DNA of 64,000 nucleotides. It comes from a virus. Location of the stretch: positions 1 to 64,000 of IMG/VR virus record IMGVR_UViG_3300010412_000412. The stretch is one strand, 5' to 3'. Position 1 is the first letter of the stretch. Each line of letters opens with the position of its first letter. The position numbers and the translations under genes were made by a program. The notes beneath the pieces were generated by a model that had not been told where the DNA came from, made no database searches, and saw only the letters and a list, made by a program, of their open reading frames with translations. Shown here in pieces: positions 41,046 to 51,459 of the stretch.

Positions 41046-43147
41046 CAAATAATTATCCTACATTATTAATATATTTTAATGGTGAAAATAATAGTACAGT
41101 ATTTATTGATGAAATAGGTAATAGTGTAACACCAATAGGTAATACAAAAATTACAACATCAGAATATAAATATGGTGGTTCATCAGGATATTTTGATGGA
41201 AATGGTGATTATTTAATAATACCAAATTCAGTATTTGATTTTAAAACAGCAGATTTCACAATAGAATTTTGGTGTAAATTAATCACAAATGATGTTTATC
41301 AACGACCAGGTATAATGGGATCAACACCGTATGATTCAGGTAGTGGTTTTTTTATGATAGCAAAAGGACCAAATACAACATGGGGTGGTGTAGGTGTAAT
41401 AAGTTTTAATGGTTCAGCTGGTTTAATAAATGGTCCAATTGTTGAATCAACAACAGAAGTAAGAAATGCAGGTTGGAAACATATTGCAATAACAAGAGAA
41501 GATGTTACTACAAGATTATTTGTTGATGGTATATTAGAAGATACTCATGTTGCTGCTGGTGTTGCTAATTATGATTCAACAGATGCAAGAATAATGGCAT
41601 CATCTTTAAATGCAGTAGATAAAGGATATTTAAATGATTTAAGAATAACCCATGATAAAGCGCTTTATACTACTAATTTTGATGTTCCTGGTGCATTTAA
41701 ACATATTTATCATCAAAGTGATTATCTTTTTAAATTTAATTTAGAAAACAATGATACATCAATAATAAAAGAATATACACAAAATAAAGATTTTTTAAAA
41801 CATGGTACTCCAATTGTAAGTAATACACAAAGTAAATTTGGTGGTTATTCAGGGTATTTTAATGGTTCAAGTAATTTAGAAATTTTAACAAGTGATTTTT
41901 GTTTATCAAGTGCAAATAACCATTCAGCTTTAGGTACATTAGATTTTACAATAGAAGCATGGGTATATTGTAATAGTACAAATAATTTCAATTTATATAC
42001 TTTAGGAGCATCTGGTTCAGGTACAGGAACAGATTCTTTAAATAAATCTGGTTTGAATATTAGTGCAACAAGTAATTCAACTTTAGATATTATTGCTGGT
42101 AATTTAATAATTGATGGTTGGAGTGGATATTTACATTTAAAAACAAGTGATAATTTACCAATATCAGGTTGGTGTCATTTAGCAATAGTATCAATTAGTA
42201 ATGTACCTCATGTTTATATAAATGGAATAGAAAGCACATTAATACTTGGAAATCCAAGTTCATCAATAACAAATTTCAATAATATAAAAATGTATTCAGA
42301 ACGTAATATAAATATTATGTCATCAGCTAAATATAATGGTTTAGCTGATACAACTATAACAAGTAGTGGTGGATCATTTTGTACAGGTTATATAGATGAT
42401 TTAAGATATACAAAAGGTAATGCACTTTATACAGAAAATTTTACACCACCTAATCAAGAATATTATTCTAATTATTTTTTATCATTTATAAATATGGATA
42501 ATCCATTAACCTGTGCACCTAATAATCCAACAACATATTTAAACAAATATATATCGAATATTTGGACAAATACTTATAGAAGACAAGAAGAATATGATGG
42601 TGGAATTTATTCAATAAGTGGATATGTAACAATAAATAATATACCAGTTAGTCGACAAGTAATATTACATGAAAAATTAAGTAAAAGAATAGTTGCATCA
42701 ATGTGGAGTGATTCAATTACTGGTTTTTATAAATTTGAACAATTATCAAATAAAGTTCAATATTATATATGGTGTGAAGATTATGAAAAGAATTTCACAC
42801 CAGTAACACAATATGTTGAAATGGATCCAAAAATACCAAAACTTTATTATATAAATAATATAGATTTTAGTGAACAAACAATGCGTGATCCATCTTATTG
42901 GTTTGGATTAGGTAAAATATGGGGTGTAGTAACTGATAATGGTGGTAATCCATTAAGTAGACGATTAGTATTATTAGAACATAAAACATATATTATTGTA
43001 CAAAAAACAATAAGTGATGTATTAACAGGTGAATATGAATTTAATAATTTAACAACTGAAAAAATATTTACTGTAATAGCAGAAGATGTTGATGATTATG
43101 TATATAATGATATAATAAGAGCAAAAGTTAGAGCAGAATTAGTTTAA
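41042..43147 (+). CDS. LamG/concanavalin-like adhesin with two C-terminal beta domains
   Basis: Two DFTIE.W..W.H.AI..GY..DLR.T domains; two G.V....P.SR....SD..TG.Y.F repeats. Confidence 0.8.
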   Translation: MTNNYPTLLIYFNGENNSTVFIDEIGNSVTPIGNTKITTSEYKYGGSSGYFDGNGDYLIIPNSVFDFKTADFTIEFWCKLITNDVYQRPGIMGSTPYDSGSGFFMIAKGPNTTWGGVGVISFNGSAGLINGPIVESTTEVRNAGWKHIAITREDVTTRLFVDGILEDTHVAAGVANYDSTDARIMASSLNAVDKGYLNDLRITHDKALYTTNFDVPGAFKHIYHQSDYLFKFNLENNDTSIIKEYTQNKDFLKHGTPIVSNTQSKFGGYSGYFNGSSNLEILTSDFCLSSANNHSALGTLDFTIEAWVYCNSTNNFNLYTLGASGSGTGTDSLNKSGLNISATSNSTLDIIAGNLIIDGWSGYLHLKTSDNLPISGWCHLAIVSISNVPHVYINGIESTLILGNPSSSITNFNNIKMYSERNINIMSSAKYNGLADTTITSSGGSFCTGYIDDLRYTKGNALYTENFTPPNQEYYSNYFLSFINMDNPLTCAPNNPTTYLNKYISNIWTNTYRRQEEYDGGIYSISGYVTINNIPVSRQVILHEKLSKRIVASMWSDSITGFYKFEQLSNKVQYYIWCEDYEKNFTPVTQYVEMDPKIPKLYYINNIDFSEQTMRDPSYWFGLGKIWGVVTDNGGNPLSRRLVLLEHKTYIIVQKTISDVLTGEYEFNNLTTEKIFTVIAEDVDDYVYNDIIRAKVRAELV

Positions 43148-43149
43148 GA

Positions 43150-43671
43150 ATGGTTAAAACATTTAATGAATTTCAAATAAAAGAAGGATTTGATAATTTA
43201 GACGTTGTTATAACACCAATTATAATAAATAATAAACAAATTATGATTTATTATGAAAGATTATATAATAAATTCAGTTTTAATTATATATTAAAATCAT
43301 TTCGTAATAAAGATGTTGAATTATTAATGAAAACTAAAAATACATCATTTCGTGGTATTATTTTTGTTTCTAATAAATTTACAGATTTTTTTGCATGGGA
43401 TTATATTTATCCACATCATATTGTGATTAATTACTTACAAAATGTAAATTATTCATTAATTTATAATAATCAATTAAGAAAAGAAATAATTGATAATTTT
43501 GCTATGATATCATTTGTTTTTAATAAAAATCATTATACATCAGATTTATTTAATTTTCGTATATTGAATAAAATACAATCTATTATTGATATAAAAACAA
43601 TTTTAAAATTGGATGATGATGATTGGAATGTATTTAAAACTAAAAATAGATTTGATAATCAAATTTATTAA
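43150..43671 (+). CDS. Internal-protein-family paralog
   Basis: MVKTFNEFQIKEG; FRGIIF..FFAWD..H. Confidence 0.7.
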   Translation: MVKTFNEFQIKEGFDNLDVVITPIIINNKQIMIYYERLYNKFSFNYILKSFRNKDVELLMKTKNTSFRGIIFVSNKFTDFFAWDYIYPHHIVINYLQNVNYSLIYNNQLRKEIIDNFAMISFVFNKNHYTSDLFNFRILNKIQSIIDIKTILKLDDDDWNVFKTKNRFDNQIY

Positions 43672-43686
43672 ATAAAGGAAGAAAAA

Positions 43687-44072
43687 ATGAAAACATTTAA
43701 GGGTTTTATAGAAGAAAAAGAAATAAATTTATTTGAACAAAACAAAATGAACCATTAAATTGGAGTGATAGATATGCAGCAGAAATTGTACGTTTTTTAT
43801 TTGAAATAATAAAAGATGATACTGATACATTTATTGATTTTAAAACAGGTGCTTTTAAAATCAATAATATAAAAAAGGAATATGGTCCAAATTATCTTGA
43901 TGAAATTATTAAATTAGTTGATTGGTTGATAGTACAAAAACCATATTTAGATTGGATATATAAAGATAATACATTAAAATATAGATTAAATAAAAATCAT
44001 AGAATAAATAAAAGATTAGATTTTAATGAAAAAGTAATAAAATTAAAAATAAAAAATACTAATCAATTTTAG
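43687..44072 (+). pseudogene. Frameshifted paralog of 14461..14817
   Basis: MKTFKGFIEE leader, then -1 frame LNWS..EIV.FLF.II.D.T.TFID..YGPNY. Confidence 0.65.
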
Positions 44073-44143
44073 TAATGACTATGAAAACATTTATAGACAA
44101 AAATTAGAAGAAGGTGGCCAACAATTTTTTAAATATAATTTCG

Positions 44144-44692
44144 ATGAAAAAATTTAAACAGTTTATAGAATTAAAAGAAGATTTCAATACAGGTACACAA
44201 TTTCCTATTTTTATTGGTACAAAAAAAATAATATTGTTTTATGAAATGAAAAAAGGTTCTTTTAATTTGTTTTATTATTTACAAACATTTTTTAATAGAA
44301 CTGCATTGGAATTGATGCAATCAAAATCAAGAACATATAGAGGTGGTATTTTTATTAAAAATAGTATTTGTTATATCTTTATATGGGATGCTTATTATGG
44401 TGTACATTATAACATTTTTAAATATTTATCCAATAATTATAAAGAATATCCACAAATAAATTATTTGAATTATTATGAAAATATACAAGAAGAATTGATT
44501 TATTCAAATGATATATTGTGTTTCCCTTTTCAATTTACTAATAAATTATTATTTTCTGATTATTGGATTAATGATTCTTCTCTTAAAAAAATGAATAAAT
44601 TTTATAATATTAAAGATTTGTTTAAAATAAATGATGATGATTGGAAAAGAATGCTTATTCCTCAAGATACTTTTTATTTTCAATATATATGA
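44144..44692 (+). CDS. Internal-protein-family paralog
   Basis: MKKFKQFIELKE; YRGGIF..FIWD..H..CFPF. Confidence 0.7.
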   Translation: MKKFKQFIELKEDFNTGTQFPIFIGTKKIILFYEMKKGSFNLFYYLQTFFNRTALELMQSKSRTYRGGIFIKNSICYIFIWDAYYGVHYNIFKYLSNNYKEYPQINYLNYYENIQEELIYSNDILCFPFQFTNKLLFSDYWINDSSLKKMNKFYNIKDLFKINDDDWKRMLIPQDTFYFQYI

Positions 44693-45144
44693 TATCTTTT
44701 TACCAGTATATAAATGATGATAATGGTATACTTATATCATTAAATATCAATGATAAATTAATTAGATGTTTTTATGAAAAATTTGATATAAATAAAAAAA
44801 TTGATTTTTTAAGATATATGAAAATTTTTGAATCAAAAAAAGTAAAAAATTATATGTTAGCATATAATGAATATCGTGGTTGTATTTTTGTTTCTAAACT
44901 TTTTTATGAATTTTTTATTTGGGATGCTGATAGAATTACTCATTTTGATATGTTGAAAATATTATCTAATAATAGTAATGTTCCACAATTAGGTCATTCT
45001 AATTCTATATATTCTAATTTTTTATCTACTAAATATTTTCTATATTATGATTTTTTTTATACAAATCAGAAAAAGTATACAATTGATATTGATACATATG
45101 AAAATTCACACAATATATCATTATCAGATATTATTTATATATAA
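44689..45144 (+). CDS. Internal-protein-family paralog
   Basis: MISFYQYI; YRGCIF..FFIWD..H. Confidence 0.7.
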   Translation: MISFYQYINDDNGILISLNINDKLIRCFYEKFDINKKIDFLRYMKIFESKKVKNYMLAYNEYRGCIFVSKLFYEFFIWDADRITHFDMLKILSNNSNVPQLGHSNSIYSNFLSTKYFLYYDFFYTNQKKYTIDIDTYENSHNISLSDIIYI

Positions 45145-45153
45145 GGTTTTAAT

Positions 45154-45582
45154 ATGAAAGATAGTATTTCAGAAGCATTAAATATTCCTTTTTCTACTAA
45201 TGAACTTGAACATAAAATAGAAGAAAAAAAAACTAATATTATTCCAAAAACTGATGAACAATTCAATGAAATATTATTAGCTAATAGAAAAAATGATTAT
45301 TTAATTGTTAGAGAAAATTTGGTTGATGTTATTAATTCAACTCAAGAAATTGTTGAAGAAGCAGTTAATGAAGTTAAAAATAATCCTTCTGCTCGTATGT
45401 TTGAAACTTTTGCTATATTGATTAAAACTTATTCTGAATTGAATAAAGATTTGATTAGTATTAATGGTCCTATTACTTTACCAAAAAATGATGTTAATGT
45501 TAATGATAAAATTAATAATAATATTGTTTTTATGGGTACAAATGATGATTTAATTGACCAGATTAGAAAAATAAAAAAATAA
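45154..45582 (+). CDS. Terminase small subunit (gp16-like)
   Basis: DY..VR.NL, R.FE.F..L.K, NN.VF.GT..DL. Confidence 0.75.
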   Translation: MKDSISEALNIPFSTNELEHKIEEKKTNIIPKTDEQFNEILLANRKNDYLIVRENLVDVINSTQEIVEEAVNEVKNNPSARMFETFAILIKTYSELNKDLISINGPITLPKNDVNVNDKINNNIVFMGTNDDLIDQIRKIKK

Positions 45583-45696
45583 TTGATTTGTTTTATTTTT
45601 TTTTGTTTTATTTTGTTTTGTTTTGTTTGATTTGTTTTATTTTTTTTTGTTTTGTTTTTTTTGATTTGTTTTATTTTTTTTTGTTTTATTTTTTTC
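45583..45696 (+). repeat. T-rich repeat tract
   Basis: Three copies of TTGATTTGTTTTATTTTTTTTTGTTTT plus TTTTG units. Confidence 0.75.
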
Positions 45697-45841
45697 TGAT
45701 AAAAAAACATTAAAAAAATTTTGTTTTTCTTTTGTATTAATAGATATTATATGAATTTTTTTAAAAAAAGTCAAGAAATAAATATATTAAATAGTAAAAA
45801 AGTTTTGGGGTAAATTAACAAATAGTAAAATGGGATAAATT

Positions 45842-46370
45842 ATGATAAAAACATTCAAGCAATATCAACAAAATATAGAAGAAAGATTTATTAGTGATTA
45901 TTATTTTGATATTAATAAAGAAACTGTTATAGTAACACATGAACAATTTAATGGTTATACATTTGATATAAAAACATATTGTAAGAAAAAAGCATACAAT
46001 AAAGATACAAGAGAGTTTATATTACGGTAATGATAAAGAATGGGGAGAGTTTAGAGCATCTATTCATTTTGATCATAAAATTGAAATAATAGATGTTTTT
46101 TTATGGTGTTCTGATTATATACATGAACAAGTTTTATCAAGATTACGAAATAATAAATTTATTAAACAATATAATAATTTATATTCAAATATAGAAAAAT
46201 TATCAGATAGTGAATTTTGTTTTCCTATAATATTTGGAAAAAATTATATAGAAGCTAATAGACAAATACCATATAAACAAATAGAAGAATTATTTGATTT
46301 AGAAGTATTATTACAAATTAATTCTTCTGATTTAGAACATCTAAAACGCAAACAAGAAATAAAAATATAA
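45842..46370 (+). CDS. Internal-protein-family paralog; needs +1 shift at CGG 46025
   Basis: MIKTFKQY; the +1 frame supplies FRASI..FLW..H..CFP; ~175 aa. Confidence 0.75.
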
Positions 46371-46381
46371 GGAATAAAATA

Positions 46382-46870
46382 ATGATTACATATCATTTTA
46401 TAAAAAATAAAAAATTATATGAAAAAAAAGAATTGTTATTTAATTATGAAGATGATGATATTATTGTTTATAAAGATACAATGAATAAACAATCAATAAA
46501 TTTAAAAAAATACTTAAAAACAGTTACAAATAAGTATAAAGATTTTAGACATTTTAGTGCAATATTATATATAGACATCAATAAATCACAAATAGAATTT
46601 TTTGCATGGGAATCTTTTTATACACCACAAGTTATCTTAAATTTATTTCAAGATAAAAAATATATAAAACAATATCAGAAAATAAAAAATGTTAATGAAC
46701 AAATAAATGGTATATTTTGTTTACCATTAATGTTTGATTCTTATTCAATACAATTTGAAATTCGTTTTCCATTATTTGAATTAAGTAAGATATATGATTT
46801 TGAAAAAATTCTTAATATTACTAATTTTGAATTAAATGCTTCAACAAAAGGATATCCTATAAAATATTAA
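46382..46870 (+). CDS. Divergent internal-protein-family paralog
   Basis: INLKKYLK, EFFAWE, CLPL. Confidence 0.6.
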   Translation: MITYHFIKNKKLYEKKELLFNYEDDDIIVYKDTMNKQSINLKKYLKTVTNKYKDFRHFSAILYIDINKSQIEFFAWESFYTPQVILNLFQDKKYIKQYQKIKNVNEQINGIFCLPLMFDSYSIQFEIRFPLFELSKIYDFEKILNITNFELNASTKGYPIKY

Positions 46871-46871
46871 A

Positions 46872-47372
46872 ATGTTAAAAACATACAAACAATTTTCTGA
46901 AAGTTATAATAGTGATAATTCAGAAAATTTATATATTAGATTCAGAATTAGACAACCTATTGTTATTTTTCATGAACAATTAAATACACAAACTATGAAT
47001 TTAAAAAATTATTGTATGAAATTTTTTAATAATTCAGCAAGAGAATTATATTTAAAAATAGGATATAATTATCGTGGTACTGCACATATAATAAAACAAA
47101 AAATAGATATTTTTATATGGGATGATAGTTATTTACATGATTATATATTAACTACATTAATAGAAAAAAATAATATAAATAATAGATTTTATAAACAATA
47201 CAATGAAATTTATGATGGTAATATAAAGAAAAATGATTTTTGTTTTCCTTTTATGTTTACAAGAAATCAAATATATACTAATTTATCATTATCAACTATA
47301 AATACATTAAAACAAAACCATAATTTTGAAAATATTTTTCAAATAGATATAAATGAAATAGCAACATTATGA
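46872..47372 (+). CDS. Internal-protein-family paralog
   Basis: MLKTYKQFSE; YRG..FIWD..H..CFPF. Confidence 0.7.
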   Translation: MLKTYKQFSESYNSDNSENLYIRFRIRQPIVIFHEQLNTQTMNLKNYCMKFFNNSARELYLKIGYNYRGTAHIIKQKIDIFIWDDSYLHDYILTTLIEKNNINNRFYKQYNEIYDGNIKKNDFCFPFMFTRNQIYTNLSLSTINTLKQNHNFENIFQIDINEIATL

Positions 47373-48260
47373 CTGAAGCATATTTAAATAATCCAAATTT
47401 AAACAAAACTAAAACAATCACACAATTTACTGATGAACAAGTAAAAGAAATCATTAAATGTTATAATGATATTTTTTATTTCATAGAAAATTATGTTTAT
47501 ATAATAAGTTTAGATGAAGGAAGGGTACAATTTAAATTATATGATTATCAAAAAGAAATGATAAATACATTTGATAAAAATAGATTTTGTATAGCAACAT
47601 TATCAAGACAAATGGGAAAAACAATAACAGTAAGTGCGTTTCTTTTATATTTAGCATTATTTAAAAAAGATTATACTATAGGAATATTAGCTAATAAAGC
47701 AGAAAAAGCACAAGAAATTCTTTCTCGTATAAAAATGATGTTTGAAGAATTACCATTATGGTTGAAACCACGGTGTTTCTAAATGGAATGAAAGAAGTAT
47801 TAAATTAAGTAATGGTTCTTTATTATTTTCATCAGCAACAACTGAATCTTCTGTTCGTGGTTATTCAATTAATTGTATAACTGGGGATTCTATTATTAAT
47901 ATAAAACATGATGATAATATTCAAAATATTTCAATAAATGATTTAATTAAAAATAATAATAAAAAACAATATATTATATATAATAAATATTATTTTATAT
48001 ATAAAAATATTTTAGAAAAATATAAAAATAATAAAAAAGGTATTGATTATAGTGATAAATATGTTAATAATATATCACTTAAATTAACATTAAGACAATA
48101 TTATTTCATACATAAATTATTAGCACATTTTTTAATAAAAGAAGAAAAGGCTAAAATAATAAAAAAATTATATGAGTTATCAAACCATAATCCAAATTTT
48201 TATAAAATCAATTCATCTTTTTATAATAAAAATGGATATTTAAAAACACCACTAATCTAA
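47369..48260 (+). CDS. Terminase large subunit N-part fused to N-intein; needs +1 shift at CGG 47771
   Basis: YL.NPNL, SRQMGKT, LP.WLKP-[C]-GV..WN..SI.L.NGS, VRGYSIN|CITGDS. Confidence 0.9.
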
Positions 48261-48270
48261 ACCAATAAAT

Positions 48271-48837
48271 ATGTTTAAAACATTTATACAATTCATAAAT
48301 GAAGATTTTAATAGTAATGATGCTATTACTTTTAAAATGACTATTAATAAAAAACCTATCGTAGTTTTTCATGAAAATATTAAAGGTAATTTTAATATCA
48401 TTCGTTATCTTAAATCTTTCAATAAATATGAAGTCAAAAATATGATGAAAGCACATAAAACTAATTATTATAGAGGTGCTTTATTCATTACAAAAACTAA
48501 AAATACCAATATTTTTATTTGGGAAGGTGATACTTTACATTATCCAGTATTTGAAAGAATTAAAAATCGTATAAATTCTTTTAATATCCCTAATAATAAT
48601 TATTTAATGTATTATCAAAATACAGTTTATAATTATGGATTTGATAATATTATTTGTATCCCATTTGCTTTTAATGATAATACTTTTATGGGTGATAGTT
48701 TTGGTAAAAATGATTGGGTTGAAATTAATAACCTTTTTGCTGTTAAAGATTTATTAAAAATTGATGATAATATGTGGAATACTTTATTAAATTCGAATTG
48801 GGAAAATTTCCCTCGTTCTTTTTCTTATTCATTTTAA
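48271..48837 (+). CDS. Internal-protein-family paralog (inside terminase locus)
   Basis: MFKTFIQFINE; YRGALF..FIWE..H..CIPF. Confidence 0.7.
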   Translation: MFKTFIQFINEDFNSNDAITFKMTINKKPIVVFHENIKGNFNIIRYLKSFNKYEVKNMMKAHKTNYYRGALFITKTKNTNIFIWEGDTLHYPVFERIKNRINSFNIPNNNYLMYYQNTVYNYGFDNIICIPFAFNDNTFMGDSFGKNDWVEINNLFAVKDLLKIDDNMWNTLLNSNWENFPRSFSYSF

Positions 48838-48996
48838 TATATAATAAAAACAATGAAATCATTTTCACAATAAAAAATTAATAGAAGGTTTTGATAGTAC
48901 ACATTCACAAATGTGTTTTGGTCAGATAGTATTAATTTTAAACATAAATGACATTAAATTTTTCACAAAAAGATTGGAAATATATTAATTTGAAAG

Positions 48997-49485
48997 ATGA
49001 AAACATTTTATAAGTATATAACAGAAATATATAGTTCAAATTATTTTAAGATAAAAATATATAAATAATAAAGATATTGTTTGTTTTTATGAAAAAAAAT
49101 AATAAATAATAGAAAAATTGATTTTCATAGATATATGAAAACATTTTTAAAAACAAATGAAAAAGAAATAATGAATTTTAATGGTGAATATAGAGGTGCT
49201 ATTTTTATTTCTAATAATTTTATAGAATTTTTTATATTTGACGCATATTCATCTACACATTATGAATTTTTTAGAACTTTATCAAAAATAACAATTAATG
49301 ATATAAATTTTTTATTTGATAATAAATCTTATTTAACAAATTATTTATCTTATGATAAAAATAGTAAAATTGTCTGTTTTGATTTTTGGTATATTAATTC
49401 TACAAAATTTTCTATTAATAAAGAAAAAGTTAAATATTTATATGATAATTTTAATTATAATTTAAAAAATTACATAACTTATTAG
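48997..49485 (+). pseudogene. Internal-protein-family paralog with disrupted 5' end
   Basis: MKTFYKYITE leader at 48997 separated by indels from the body ORF 49135..49485 (YRGAIF..FFIFD..H). Confidence 0.55.
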
Positions 49486-49491
49486 AAAAAA

Positions 49492-50016
49492 ATGCAATCA
49501 TTTAACAATTTTAAATTAACAGAAATTTTTGATAATAGGAATATCATAAATGATATAAATATAAACGGTGTACTATTCAATATTTTTTATAAAAGAATTT
49601 ATGGTGATTTTAATTTTAATTATCAATTGAAATCTTTTCATGATAAAGATATTAAATTTCATATGGGTACACATATATTAAGAGGAATAATTTTTATGTC
49701 ACCATCTTTTACTGATTTTTTTGTATGGCCTAGTTCTTTCCTTCATATATCTGTTATTCCTGTATTACAAAAACTTGTTAAAAAACAACCATTAAATTAT
49801 TTATCAATATATAATCAACAATTAACATTTATAATAAATAATATATGTTTTTTATCATTCACATTCAATAAACATGAATATTGGTCAGAATTATTTCCAT
49901 TATATAAATTAGAATGGTTACAAACACATTTTGATATAACAAAAAGATTAACATTAGATAATTATGATTGGAATGAATATAAAATGTATAATAGTTTTAG
50001 AAATAGTATTTTTTAA
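49492..50016 (+). CDS. Internal-protein-family paralog (inside terminase locus)
   Basis: MQSFNNFKLTE; RGIIF..DFFVW..H. Confidence 0.7.
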   Translation: MQSFNNFKLTEIFDNRNIINDININGVLFNIFYKRIYGDFNFNYQLKSFHDKDIKFHMGTHILRGIIFMSPSFTDFFVWPSSFLHISVIPVLQKLVKKQPLNYLSIYNQQLTFIINNICFLSFTFNKHEYWSELFPLYKLEWLQTHFDITKRLTLDNYDWNEYKMYNSFRNSIF

Positions 50017-50021
50017 TAATA

Positions 50022-51395
50022 ATGAAAATATATAGATTTAAAAATTTAAAAGTATTATCAGAAAAAAAAATATATCAATCATTTGATGGAATAAAAGAAT
50101 CTATAAGTACAGAAATGGTTGAAATATATTTCGACGATGGGACATATTTAGAAACAACATATGATCATCAAATATATTGTCAAAATAATACTATAAAAAT
50201 AGCAAAAGATTTAGTATATGGTGATTATGTTATATCAAAAAATGGTTTTTGTAAAGTAATATATAAAAATTTTCATAATAAAAAAACAAAGGTATATGAT
50301 TTAATAAATGTACAAGAAACACATAATTTTTATGCAAACAATAAATTAGTACATAATTGCGTATATTTAGATGAGTTTGCATTCGTTCCAAATGATGTAA
50401 AATTTTATGAAAGTACATATCCTGTTATAGCATCTGGTGAAACAACAAAAATATTAATAACATCTACACCTAATGGAATGAATTTATTTTATAAAATATG
50501 GATAGATGCAGTAAATAAAAGAAATGAATATATACCAATAAAATATACATGGGAAGCACATCCAAATAGAGATATAAAATGGAAAGAACAAACAATAAAA
50601 AACACATCACAAAAACAATTCAAACAAGAACATTTATGTGAATTTTTAGGAAGTAGTAATACTTTAATATCAAGTGATAAATTAGAAAAATTGATATATG
50701 AAGAACCAATAGAATATGATGAAAATAATTTTTTATATGAAAAAACACAAGAAAATCATATTTATATTGCGTGTGTTGATGTTAGTGAAGGTGTAGGTAG
50801 AGATTATAGTACAATTATAATAATAGATATTTCTGTCAAACCATATAAACAAGTTTATGTGTTTAAAAAAAATAATATTAGTCCATGGAATTTTGGTGAA
50901 ATAATTTATAGAGTATGTAAAAAATATAATGATGCTTATTTGATAATAGAAAGAAATAATATTGGTAAACTTGTAGCAGATGAATTATATTATGATTATG
51001 AATATGAAAATATGTTTAGTAGTATAACAAATAAAGGTGAAGAAATCATTGCAGGACAAACATTAGTTAATATTGGTATTCAAATAAACAAAAAAACAAA
51101 ATCTATTGGATGTAGTGCATTAAAAATATTAATAGAAGAAGATATATTAAATATATGTGATTGGGATACAATACAAGAATTAACTTGTTTTGTAAAAAAA
51201 CAAAATAGTTATCAAGCAGAAAAAAATAAATATGATGATTTAGTTATGCCATTAGTACATTTTGGTTGGTTTACAACACAAAATATATTTGAAGAAATTA
51301 CAGAAAAAGGTGTAAGACAAGTAATTCGTGAAAAAATACAAGAAAATTCGAATATATTATTTGGCTATTTTTCAGATGGTACAGAAAATTTATGA
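50022..51395 (+). CDS. C-intein fused to terminase large subunit C-part
   Basis: T.DH block B, VYDL.NV..HNFYAN..LVHN|CVYLDEFAF, TSTPNG, DVSEG.G.DYS, DDLVM. Confidence 0.92.
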   Translation: MKIYRFKNLKVLSEKKIYQSFDGIKESISTEMVEIYFDDGTYLETTYDHQIYCQNNTIKIAKDLVYGDYVISKNGFCKVIYKNFHNKKTKVYDLINVQETHNFYANNKLVHNCVYLDEFAFVPNDVKFYESTYPVIASGETTKILITSTPNGMNLFYKIWIDAVNKRNEYIPIKYTWEAHPNRDIKWKEQTIKNTSQKQFKQEHLCEFLGSSNTLISSDKLEKLIYEEPIEYDENNFLYEKTQENHIYIACVDVSEGVGRDYSTIIIIDISVKPYKQVYVFKKNNISPWNFGEIIYRVCKKYNDAYLIIERNNIGKLVADELYYDYEYENMFSSITNKGEEIIAGQTLVNIGIQINKKTKSIGCSALKILIEEDILNICDWDTIQELTCFVKKQNSYQAEKNKYDDLVMPLVHFGWFTTQNIFEEITEKGVRQVIREKIQENSNILFGYFSDGTENL

Positions 51396-51459
51396 AATAT
51401 AATAATAATAAATATATTAAATAATAGTATTTTTTTAAAAGAAAAAAGGAGTAGAATTT

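Noticed and set aside
45429-45710. Lys/Gln-rich minus-strand ORF
   Set aside because: Translation of the low-complexity T-rich tract
38285-49135. Frameshifts at ~38328, ~43743 and 49060-49100 as part of the CGG system
   Set aside because: No CGG; they are -1 or multiple indels in A/T runs of dispensable paralogs, consistent with decay or error
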